This document shows, piece by piece, positions 23,757 to 34,069 of a DNA stretch of 64,000 nt. The translations under genes were made by a program, and so were the position numbers. Below the pieces are notes generated by a model, which made no database searches, was not told where the DNA came from, and saw nothing but the letters and a program-made list of their open reading frames with translations. Source of the DNA: Moniliella sp. 'wahieum' (lineage: Eukaryota); NCBI GenBank assembly GCA_003971905.1, contig RSEE01000048.1, positions 248,001 through 312,000 on the forward strand. Reading direction: 5' to 3'. How positions within the stretch are numbered: position 1 is the first letter of the stretch; the number at the start of each line of letters is the position of its first letter.

Positions 23757-26245
23757 ATGGCGTCCCACCACCCGGTGCCCGCGCCCCCGCCGCCCGCCAT
23801 GCCCGCCCCGCCCCCCGCCTCCTCCGCCGCCCCGCTCCCGCCCGCGCCCCTCGCACCCGACACGGCCCCCATCGCCGTGCCCGGCCCCGACGGCGAGACG
23901 ATCCACGATCCAGTGCCCCCACTGCCCCAAGTCGTACAGCGGCAAGCATGCCCGCTCCATCTGGCGCCGCCACCTCCAGTGCAAGCACGAGATCCCCCTC
24001 AGCATCCAGCCCCGCCGCACCCGCTGGGACGGCCATGCCAACCGACCACGCAATGCCGAGGAGCGCCGCGAACGCATGCTCGAATCCAAGCGCCGTTGGG
24101 CGCGCAAGAAGCGGCTTCAAGAGAAGGCAGCTGCCCTTGGCCTCCCGCCCGGCGCGGAGATGAGCCTGATTCAGCAGCACATGCGCACCTCTGCCACCCC
24201 CGACCTCGACTTGGCCAGCATCGACTCCGCCCCGGCCAGGGACAGTCGCGAGGCCGACTCCCCGGCCTTCCCGCCCCTGGCCAACGACGCCCGATCGTCC
24301 GCCGTGGCAGCTGCCGCCAATATCAGTACCGGCTCCGCGTTGTCCTCCTCGGGATCTGCCTCAGGCAGTGGGTTCCTGGGCGGAGACAGCGGCGACCTAT
24401 CTGCCTTTGGCTACTTTGGCAATGTCCTTCCGCAAGGTAACTACATGCCTCTCCCCAACATGGGCAGCCACCCAGGCATGTACTACTTTCCTCATTCTGG
24501 GCCTTCGCAGCCCCAGGGCCCTCCTCCGCTTCAACAGTCCTCCAAGCCCCCGGCAGGCGCGCAAGGCCAGGCTAGCAGCTCAACAGCGCCCTCCTGCCCC
24601 ACTCGCTGCCACACCCACCAGCCTGGGGGAACGTCCCACCGCCGTATGGTATGAACTTACCGGTCAATGGGCAAGGCGTCCCACTTCCACCGCAACTCCA
24701 ACCTGATTTCGCCTCCAATGGCATGTCCCTTGTCGGGCCAGGCATGCCACCCATGGGCGATGTCTCTTTCCCAAACTTTGGCTTAGGAGGGCAGCCTTTC
24801 TCCCTTCCGACGGGAAACCTGCCCGCATCTTCTGTACCTCAACCCAACCTCATGTTGCCCAATCGGGATACGGAAGTGATCAATCTTCTGCAACAGGAGA
24901 AACGGGTCATGCTCGACCGGATGCGGCAACGCAAGCAAGGCAAAACTGCGGCCTCTTCTGCCGCTCCAGCCCAACCTCTTCGCGTGGACACGGCGCCCCC
25001 GCAGCCATCCGGCCCAGCTTCGACATCCTCACCTGTCCCACCTCTGGCTGATCCCGAACCCAAGGTGATAGCCCCAAGCCAAACCCACTCGGCGCCCAAT
25101 GCCCCGGCAGAGGAGAACGGTACACGCAGTGATGAGGCCGCAGATGCGGCCGTCCAGCTTTTGGTTCTCGCTTCACCCGACCGTCCGCAACGCTTACCCA
25201 GCTCGAATGGTACGTCCTTCTTTCTTATTCCTCTTGTCTGAATCCAGCTCACCGTTCCACTTTAGGTACCGACAATGCAGCGCAGCGCAAGAATGCGATT
25301 CCTCCCCATCTTGCGCCCGATTCGGCCCGGGCTCCACGGATGGCGTCGACGCCAAGCAAGTTGGATGCATTCCTTGGCGCTCCAACGCCCTCCTTGGTTA
25401 CTCCGTCGAGTGGCTTACTGGATGTATTCAAGCCGCCCCCCACGGTGTCCCGTCCCTCGCCCGAACGCAAACGTCTTCGCACATCCCACTACGATGATGG
25501 CCACGACTCGGATGACGAGTTGGATGCTTCACGACGGACGCCCAAGGCGGACGGCGCATCGCCGGTCAAGAGGCTATCCAAACCCGACGGTGGTCGCGTG
25601 CTTCCGACCCCTCGCTTTGGAAAGTTCTCGTCGGGGACTCCTGGTTCCGCCTTGCGCGCGAGTCTGGCCATGTCGCCTGGGCTCTGGAACCCACTGCGGT
25701 CGGTACCGCTGTCGGCCACCCGGGGTGATGGCGATTTGGACGACGACGATGAGCAAGACCGGGACAATATGCTGGTCTTTTCATCGCCCCAGCACCCTGA
25801 CCTAACCCAAACCTTGGGATTGGCACCGGGAAGCTTACTGAGGTCAGGTGGGTTCGGATTTCCTACGCCTGGCAACCCGTTCGAGACTCCTCTTCGGTCT
25901 CGGCCTTTCCTCCTTTCCAACCCGCCTTCGCGCATGGACTGGCCCGCCAGCATTCGTCCTTTGAATCGGAGGAGGAGCGAACCCGAGAGCCCTGGGTCGC
26001 ACCGGTCGCCGAGTGCACTGGAACCCAACACTCCCAACAAGTCGCTGTCTCCGCTTCGGACGGATTGGACGCCGCTCAAGGCGACGCCGTTGCGCCCGAC
26101 CCCGCTCTGGTCCAAGTGCAAGACGCCGCGGTCGTCGGGCAAGTCGCCGAGCAAGTCCCCCCGTTCAGCGGGAAAGTCTCCGCTAAGCAAGCGCGGCGGC
26201 AAGTTGCTGCCACGAGCGGTGGATGTAAATGTACCCAAGTCGTGA
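23757..26245 (+). CDS. Uncharacterised nuclear-type protein with a C2H2-like finger and basic helix; S/T-P rich C-terminus
   Basis: IQCPHCPKSYSGKHARSIWRRHLQCKHEIPL...RRTRWD...RERMLESKRRWARKKR, then low-complexity frames joined by indels and an intron at about 25210-25266; stop at 26243-26245. Confidence 0.65.
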
Positions 26246-26781
26246 GGCGTGAGGCGGGGGGGACCTCTGCCGACTAGCTCAGCTGCACCATCTGTCTTGT
26301 CCATGTCCCCCTCCGCCCCGCGCTCCCGCGCTCGCCGCTTGACACTGTTTTTCTTCTTTTTTTGCTTCCTTATCCTCGCACTTATGGACCCCCCGCCCCC
26401 TCCTATGCACTGCGGTCTCGTCTTCCCTCCTCGCCCACGCCCACCCGTCTTACGCTCATCATCCTCTGAATTCTGCTCTTCTTCGATCTTCTTTGCTTGC
26501 GTGAGGGCCCGCCTGCTTGCCTGCTTGCCTGCGTGCCTCTTTGCCTAGCCTCCTTTGTTTCGTCTCGTCACCGTTCCGGCTGTTATGTCTCTTGTCTCTG
26601 TACATTGCTCCCTGCCTCGCACACGCCAGCTCGGGGCAGAGTAGTGGCTGTTCGCTTCCGTAGCAAATCCTATCCACACTGTCTTCACACTGGTCCGTAG
26701 AGCAATAAGTACCCGGCCAGGGGCACAGGCAATAACGTATGGCATTGCCAAAAGAAACCTAGCAAGCTCTGCTTCCGGGGC

Positions 26782-28167
26782 TTACTTGTCGTTGGCAACG
26801 GGCGCGACGGTAGGGTCTTTGCCATGCAGCTCGCCGAGCAAGCCCTCCATTTCCCACGCGCCAGCCCACCAGCGGATGCCAGCCTTGAGGTTGCCCTCGG
26901 TGCGGATCCGCTTTTCCAGGCCACGGCCCGAACGGACAAAGGCCACGTCCTTGGCACCCAGGCGCAAGACGGGGCAGTAGTCATTGCCACCGTCGCCAAC
27001 ATAGATGATGCGTTCAAACGCCTGGCGGCCACCGTGGCGGGCAATAAAGGCATCCAATTCTTCGCCCTTGCACATGTTGGCCGAGCAGCCCACCTTGCAG
27101 CCGTGGTCCCGGCTGCCTGGCTCGCCGGCAGGCGGGATGCGACGTTTGAGCTCCAACAAGCCGTTGGGCAAGAACCGAGCTGGGTTGGTCACAATCTCCT
27201 CAAAGATTGCCGGGCCCTCGGGCGGTTGCAACTTGCGTGCCGACAGGACGGTATCAATGTACACTGTGTTGGAGTTGGACAAGAGGAAGAAGGTGGTGTC
27301 CACCTCGGTGTCGGCCTTGAGTGCCTTGACACCGCGCACCATACCGGGGTGGAAGGGGAGCGCGCGCATTGCCTCCTTGATCTCGTCGGGCGTCTTGCCT
27401 TCGGCATAGAGTTCACGCAGCATCATCGCACACAGGTCGGTAAATTGCATGTGCGGCATGAGGCTCTTCATCCTTCTCCGCAGATGCGGAGCCAAATACT
27501 CGTGCACCCACCGGTCCGTGTCCTGGTCCGCCAACGACCAGTCAAAGTCAAACACAATCAGTTGGCGCTTGACCGGCACGAGCGGCGCCTTGCCAGCCAG
27601 CTGGCTCTCTTGCGACTGGCGTGCAATGATCGCGCGCAGCGCACGCACCACCAGCGAGTGATCTTCGCCCTGGGCCAAGCCCGACACGGCAATCGCAACC
27701 GGCACACCAGGCGCAGCCGCCACGTACACCGGCACGCCGCCGCCATGGGCCGCGTAAATCGACGTGTCCAGCCCAGCATCCAACGACTTGCCCTTGGCCA
27801 CGCGCTCGCGACCGACCAAGTAGGAAGCATGGCCAAAGCGCCGCACCGTCGCCGCCTTGCGACGCACCCAGTCCCAATTGTCACTGCTCGTCGCCGTGGG
27901 CCAACCAGCGGCGGACGCGTACAGGTCCTGGCCCGAAACAGACTGGATGCTGACCACCATGCCCGTCAGCGGCTGGCCGTACTGCGCCGCCTCGACCTGG
28001 GACGCAGGCACGCCCTTGGGGTAGTACTGGCGCAGGTAGTCCTCCCGAATCGTCTGGCCCAGCTGAAGCGCAACGTCGGCGTCAAAGCGGGTGAGGACGA
28101 GTTCACGCTCCTCGTTCTGCAGCGTCGACACGAGGTCGTGGTCGGACAGCAGGGCGTACTCGGCCAT
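26782..28167 (-). CDS. Fusion protein: GlcG/HbpS-like (YBR137W/UPF0303) domain + PHOSPHO1/PHOSPHO2-type HAD phosphatase, 461 aa, intronless
   Basis: N-domain RFDADVALQLG...DNWDWVRRKAATVRRFGHASY...YAAHGGGVPV...IAVSGLAQGEDH. C-domain LIVFDFDWSLADQDTD, LLSNSNTVYI, IVTNPA, CSANMCKGEEL, IIYVGDGGNDYCP. Single uninterrupted ORF. Confidence 0.9.
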   Translation of the reverse strand: MAEYALLSDHDLVSTLQNEERELVLTRFDADVALQLGQTIREDYLRQYYPKGVPASQVEAAQYGQPLTGMVVSIQSVSGQDLYASAAGWPTATSSDNWDWVRRKAATVRRFGHASYLVGRERVAKGKSLDAGLDTSIYAAHGGGVPVYVAAAPGVPVAIAVSGLAQGEDHSLVVRALRAIIARQSQESQLAGKAPLVPVKRQLIVFDFDWSLADQDTDRWVHEYLAPHLRRRMKSLMPHMQFTDLCAMMLRELYAEGKTPDEIKEAMRALPFHPGMVRGVKALKADTEVDTTFFLLSNSNTVYIDTVLSARKLQPPEGPAIFEEIVTNPARFLPNGLLELKRRIPPAGEPGSRDHGCKVGCSANMCKGEELDAFIARHGGRQAFERIIYVGDGGNDYCPVLRLGAKDVAFVRSGRGLEKRIRTEGNLKAGIRWWAGAWEMEGLLGELHGKDPTVAPVANDK

Positions 28168-28933
28168 GGCAAGAGAGCGAGGGAAGGTGGTGGGAGAGAA
28201 GCAGACGAGACGGGCCAGGCGACGTGGGGCTGGGATCGGACGACATGCCACCGCCCGACCCACCTGAGAATGTCCGTCGGCTGGTTCGGACCAGTTTCAG
28301 TTTGCTTGGCTTCCAGCTGCGCGCCTGGGCTCGCCCGCCGCCCTGGAAAAAAAGAAACTCCAGTGCCCACCTGGGGCCACGTGCCGGCCTGCTTAGGTAA
28401 GCCCTCGCGTCTTTCTCCGTCCCCACCGTACCCACTTGCAACTTCCACCCCCCCCCCTCTGGGCCACCGAATAGCACAGTGATAACCACAGTGGTTCACA
28501 ACATGATTACTATCACCCGGTTAGTCTTTCGTTGGTCGTAAGTGGACCTGTCGCCCTGGCTTTCCTTTTGTACCGCCGCCGTCCCACCCCACGACAAGGC
28601 AAAAGACTTCAATCTTCAAGCTTGAATCCTGGCTACGACAATCAACCGTCAAGGGGAGCGCTGGGTCAACACACGAGCTCATATGGCCAGCCGGGGAGTG
28701 CCAGCGACACCATTTGGATTAGGAAATGCATATGGGCCAGAAATATGCATAGTAGGGTCAACCATAGTCCCAGCGACTAGACTAGACTAGACAAAGATAT
28801 CCCCCGCGGGTGACAACGTCCCCAAGCCATAGAATTGGCAGGCGAGCACCCGTCATAAACCAAAGCAGGCTCCACAAGCGAGGTAGGAATGAGCTACAGA
28901 GGCTGCAACAAAGCCAAACGAGCCGACGCACGC

Positions 28934-29453
28934 TTAGGCCTTGAGCACGTAGGTCACCTTGCGGTAGCCGTGGGCCTTCTTCTGCTCACGCACCGTCTTA
29001 GCGTGCTTCTCCTCGGGCGCCAGGGCGCGGCGGAGAGCACGAGTCTTCTTGGCGCGAAGGTCGAGGGGAAGGTACTTGGCGTTCTTGTAGTACTCACGCA
29101 GGTTAGCACGCTGCTTGGCGTGCATGACCGTGTGGACACGGGCAATGTCCTTGCGCGTGCTGTTGATCTTGGCAATGCGCGACGACGAGCCGCCGGCAAC
29201 CTTGGCGACACGGAGCGAAAGAAGCTCAGCCTTGAGCTCCTCGAGCTGAGTGGTCAGCTCCGCCTTGGACTTGCCCTGAAGCTCCTTTGCCGTGATCTTC
29301 GCCTAAACAGACACAAGACGAGTCAGTTTCACTGTCCTTCATCGTCCCAGGTTCGCCTTGGTTCGATGGCAAACCATGGAACGCAGATACACCAGCGCAA
29401 GGGCACGCGCACGTCGTCCCTGGGACTCGTGGGGAGGACGAAATGCTCACCAT
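28934..29453 (-). CDS. RPL35: 60S ribosomal protein L35 (uL29)
   Basis: ATG-only first coding exon, intron 29450-29303 (GTGAGC..CTGAC..TAG), then AKITAKELQGKSKAELTTQLEELKAELLSLRVAKV...KYLPLDLRAKKTRALRRAL...YVLKA*. Confidence 0.97.
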
Positions 29454-29534
29454 CTTGAAGGAGTGCGTATGCGTGCTGGTCAGAGAAGAACGCGGTGGCA
29501 GGGGATGGTCTGGATGGAAACGCCGATGCAGATA

Positions 29535-29562
29535 ATAGGGTTGGACGGGGCCGTAACCCTAT
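29535..29562. promoter_or_regulatory. Inverted telobox-like pair (ATAGGGTT..AACCCTAT) upstream of RPL35
   Basis: ATAGGGTT GG ACGG GG CCGT AACCCTAT, about 80-110 bp upstream of the ATG; function inferred only. Confidence 0.4.
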
Positions 29563-29630
29563 GAATAGGTAAAATTAATCCCAGCACAGCGCTCCCTCCG
29601 AGCGGCAGCTGCGGGTGTTCCATTGCGCCA

Positions 29631-29651
29631 TCATGCATCACCGGTCACCCC
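29631..29651. repeat. Heptad array in the RPL35/FIST-like divergent promoter
   Basis: tcatgca tcaccgg tcacccc. Confidence 0.7.
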
Positions 29652-29871
29652 AAGTGAAATTTGCGTTGCAACCGGAGGATTTCTGCCACTTACGCGATTG
29701 GACCAGCATGCCACCGGAAATTGAAATGGCTATGCGATATTTCAACTTCTCGCATAGCGGCTTAGCCGGAGCGCTGACATACTTCCAACCGCTTGGGTTG
29801 GCCATTGCAGATGCCCCACATAAGCCAGCAGAATGTTGACTGGCTGATGCTTGCCCTTGGACACCAACAGC

Positions 29872-31419
29872 ATGCTCGTTCCTGTCCCCTGCGCGCGAGG
29901 CGCTGTGCATCGACTGGGGGCAGCGCGTTGGCTTGATATTAACCGACTGAGGGCATCAAAATACTTTCATTCTCATGCGTTCTCCATCTTTGGGAAGGAT
30001 GAAGGGCGGTTGATCGCCGAACTGCGCACGCAGTTGGACCAAGCTGCCAGTCAAGCCGTGCCGGCAAGGGGATGGACATTGCTATACACCCTCGATAAGC
30101 ATTTGTCCCCAGCACTTCTTCAAGAGGCGGTTACACTTCTTCGAACCACTACTACCATCCCTCAGATCCAGGCACGCGTAGGCGCTTTGACCAGTTCCTG
30201 GCCATCGTCAGCACTGCCTCCAGCCAGCCTCGCCGAGACGGAGAAGCAAGGCAACCTACCGTGCATATCGGTTTCCCTTCTTCCCGCCTGCTCTGCCATC
30301 GCGTTCCAATCGAAAATCAAAGGCAAGGCACCAATCGCTGTTGGGCGCTGGCAACCGCTTGATGTCCAACGGCAATGGTCCTCTGCTCCCTCTCGTCCCG
30401 AGCAGGGGGAGATCTGGGGCAAATCCAACCCAACTGTCTCGGTTCCATCCACCCTTGTCCCCTACATTGCCAATCCAAACACACCATCTCGAGTACTTGG
30501 TGCTCTGATTCTCTCCGATGCTGCTCCCAAGGATTGCTGGAGGGACTTGCATACCACTTTCCTACCGCTTGCCTCCTGGGACTTATCCTCCCACCCACGC
30601 CTTTTGAAACTGGCCGTGACCGTACCTTGTTCTACGATGGGCCCGGGGATCAGGGGACATCATTCACGAAACCTTTGACCAGGGGGCCGTTGGTGTAGCC
30701 CTTTTGGGGCCAGAGGAAAGTGGAGAGGCAGAGGGAGTTTCGGTGCTGGATGTGGAATCGGTCTATGCCAACTTGCATCCCATGGGGTCCCGTCAGACAT
30801 TGACAGGAGCCGAAGGAAACGTCATCTACCTTGGATGGGGAAAACGCTGTCGATCAATTCCGCAAAGCGATTGAAGCCCGTCCGATCAAGCGGCCAGACC
30901 ATGAATGTGTATTCCGCATCGGGGTCTACCTTCCAGACCAAAGCGTGCGTACCCCCGCCCTTGCTTTCTTTGCTCCCTTCCTTCCTTGCCTCCTTCATTA
31001 ACGTCTAGCGTGTTTGCTAACCCCGCTGTCTCTCCCAGGATCCCGCTGTGATGGCAACGATTGTTGGGGGCCAGTCGAGCCGCGGTGCCTTGCTGCTCAA
31101 TACGGATGCCAACTTGGGCCAACTGCTGCAACGTTCCTTCTTCCTCGGTCTCGATCCAATTCTTCCAAGAGGATCCCGATAGTAATCGGACGCCTGGGCC
31201 GCAAGACCTTCTGGCTCTGAAAAGGGGCAGACCCATGTTCTCTTTGCCAATCCGGGCTGCGAGGACGATGGACCGTCGACGCCTGGCGCGAGTGGTGACG
31301 TGGTGACTTGGAAAGACACGTTTGCTGCCGCCAGCCCCGAAGGTTGGTTCCAGTCCTATGCCACCAAGGTGCCAGGATCGGCCGTGTGGATGGGGTTGGG
31401 GCCAACGCCAAAGTCATAG
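29872..31419 (+). CDS. Uncharacterised fungal protein, FIST-domain-like, with possible mitochondrial presequence
   Basis: FQSKIKGKAPIAVGRW, LILSDAAPQGLLEGL...LLGLILPPTPFETGRDRTLF, GAEGNVI, SRGALLL. Arg-rich N-terminus; frames joined by indels and a probable intron at about 30947-31038. Confidence 0.5.
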
Positions 31420-31810
31420 ACAATTGAAAATGGTCAAGTTGACCTGTCGCATGTCACCCTAACCCAAGGCTGCTTGGTGGTCTTGGGTGCAATATATTGC
31501 TTGCATCATGCATCCTTGATGAAGAAGGACGTTATGGCTGTGTCCCCTCCTGAGGCCTCACCAGAGGGATCGGTCTGACCAGCAACGGACCGACGACCTG
31601 GGCCAGACGGACATGCTGGAGACCGGGGGGTTAGGGCGCCATGTGCGAGTCGGACTTGGCTGTCACTAGGTCGCTAGTAGTCTAAATTGCGTGTGATGTG
31701 GTATCACACTTCGTCACATGCCATTGTCATGTTGTCAGCCCAACAGGGAGCGATGGGCAAGTTGCTTAATTGGGCTCCCCTGTGCTTGGGCCGCGAGCGC
31801 GAGCAGGAGA

Positions 31811-31955
31811 CTTGAAGCTTGAAGCTTGAAGCTTGAAGCTCGAAACCGGAGAGGGTCAGCCAGTCAGCGGGAGATCTGGCCGCCTGTTGGCCTGAGCGCC
31901 TGGACGCCTAGCACCTGAGCACATGAACACCTGAGCACCTGAGCGCCTGAGCACC
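31811..31955. repeat. (TGAAGCT)4 heptad array followed by an 8-bp-period TGAGCRCC array
   Basis: TGA at 31813/31820/31827/31834; tgagcaca tgaacacc tgagcacc tgagcgcc tgagcacc at 31916-31955. Confidence 0.85.
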
Positions 31956-32388
31956 CCACAGCTCAGCTGCTCAGGGCCTCAGCAAGAGGGCTGACGCTGA
32001 GGCACCGAGCACTGAGGCTCCGTACCCAGTTACTCAATTGAGTCCAGAGGCTCAGGGCCAGTGCATGGCGACGCCTGATGGCGAGCGACGAGTGGCCACT
32101 GCTTGCTACGGCCTGCCACCACGGGACTGCGCCCTAGTAGCCCACACTGACGGATGACGCTGACGCCAGTTTACTTCGGCTTTAGCCGGTAGTCGCTTTG
32201 CCGCCAGTCGCCGCCGTTGGGCTAACCGTCTCTATCTCTCTCATCCCTCAGCATTCCGCCATCGCACCAGCAGCATCGCTCGCTCCACCCATCCCAGCCA
32301 CTCTGTCCGCCCTCGCCTCCATCCTCCCTGCCGCCGCCACCACCACCCTCAAGCCGGTCCACCCCACCAACATCTGACTGCCCGCATC

Positions 32389-33502
32389 ATGGATGCACCC
32401 GCCCATCCCCCTCCCTCGCCACCCCCGCCTCTCCCGGCCACCGCTGCCACCACCTCTGCCCATGCGGCGGTCCCCGTCGAGGAACTGCCGCCGCCGCTTG
32501 ACGCACCTGGTGGCCCGGAGGAGATCGAGCCATTCATATCACCGCCACCGGGTATGGACGAGCCACCTCCATCGTATCGCGATTCGGTCTCAGGGAACCC
32601 AAGCGCCAAAGCGTCTGCCAGCGGCCCTAGCGGGCACATCCCGACCATATTCGAAGGTGAATCATCTCGCTCGCGCCGTCGCGGTGGCAACTCCTCTGCT
32701 GGCCCAATGCACCTGCTGGAGGAGCGAGAACTGCCGGCGGGTTGGATCCGTCAGTTTTCACCTGACCACTCGCGCTGGTACTACGTTGACACGAGGGTAA
32801 CAAAGGCACTGGCCGAAGTTCATGGAACCACCCTTTCTTTGACGAGGGGTACCTTTCCTCGCTGGATCCCAACGAGCGCATTCTGATCGAGTGGGACAAC
32901 AAGCTCTTCAATCTACGCCAAAAGGACATCGATGTGTCCAGTGCGCTTGAGCCCGACCGGGTTGTGGACGCGCGCCAAGCGCTCGCAGATACCCCTGCGC
33001 CCAAGCCCGACCCCCCCGCCTTTGAACCCCGCCCCCAGCCGACCCAGTTGTGGCCTCGAGGCGCTTGTCAGGGTTTAAGAAGATTAGCGGTCGCTTCAAG
33101 CGGTCGAAGGCGCCCAAGGCACCCAAGGCGCCTAAGCCTCCCAAGCACGACAAGCAAAAGGGCAAGAAACGAAATGTCCACTCGTTTGCCCAAGCTCAAG
33201 CCCGGCTCAACAATGCGTTCGCACGTGCTCGTCAAACGGGTAAGGCCATCTATCTCGAAGAAGACCAAACTGGGCGGGACATATTGGTACTTCCTCCTCT
33301 GCCTGTCCCTCCCAACCCTTACACGCCCACAAGGTTGGATCGGTACGATGCTTTAAACTACGACTATCACTTCAGGTGCATCCGCGTTCCCAACTTCGAA
33401 GCTTCGCCCATCCCACAAGGAATGAACCAAACACCCTCCGCTTTGCCCGTCGTTACAGGAATCGTGGGGGGGCTGATTCTCGGTGCTGCATTGCTTGTAT
33501 GA
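32389..33502 (+). CDS. WW-domain protein with a Pro-rich N-terminus and hydrophobic Gly-rich C-terminus
   Basis: ERELPAGWIRQFSPDHSRWYYVDTR...SSWNHP (WW, split by an indel), PPSY motif upstream, ends GIVGGLILGAALLV*. Confidence 0.7.
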
Positions 33503-34069
33503 TTGATCCTTCCATTCTGGGCTTGAGCAAACTGTCCCGGGGGAATTTTGGCGTAAATATGTACACGAATGGACTTTCATGAATACCTTGGATGACCTCC
33601 TCCTCAGGCGTCAGCGTAAGACCTCAAGCTGAGGCCTTGGCTCAGGAGGCGTGGCTACAGCAACCCCAGGGAGGCAACGACCTGAAGGATGCCTTCATCC
33701 TGAGCCTCCAGCTATAGGAGCAACCCCACGTGCGGGTAAGGTGTAATACCTGGTCGATTGATCCATGTGCATGATCTAAGATCTAACGTCTAGCCTCCAA
33801 GCATGCGCAGTGTCGATCTCGGACGCGTCTCCCACGACGCAAGTGTTCGCCGCCCCACCTGCCCATTCACGCGATGACGTAACAAGCTCCTCCCACACTG
33901 GCGAGGTGGCACCCTGCCTGGGGGCAAGGTCACCGGCCACCTCAGTCACCTAGGCGCTCATCGTTCAGCCGGCCGCTTTCAGCATGCCTGGGGGCTGGGA
34001 GCTTAGCCACGCATCCAAAGCCTCTCATCGGGGCCAGCCCACCACCCTTCTCCTTCCCACCCATCATCG

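Noticed and set aside
26824..28482. 552-aa plus-strand ORF and other long antisense ORFs (16916-18340, 18154-19461, 11953-13146)
   Set aside because: Shadows of GC-rich codon usage on the opposite coding strand; no motifs.
29303..29450. Possible intronic snoRNA in the RPL35 intron
   Set aside because: No convincing RUGAUGA/CUGA pair with a terminal stem, and no H/ACA hairpins.
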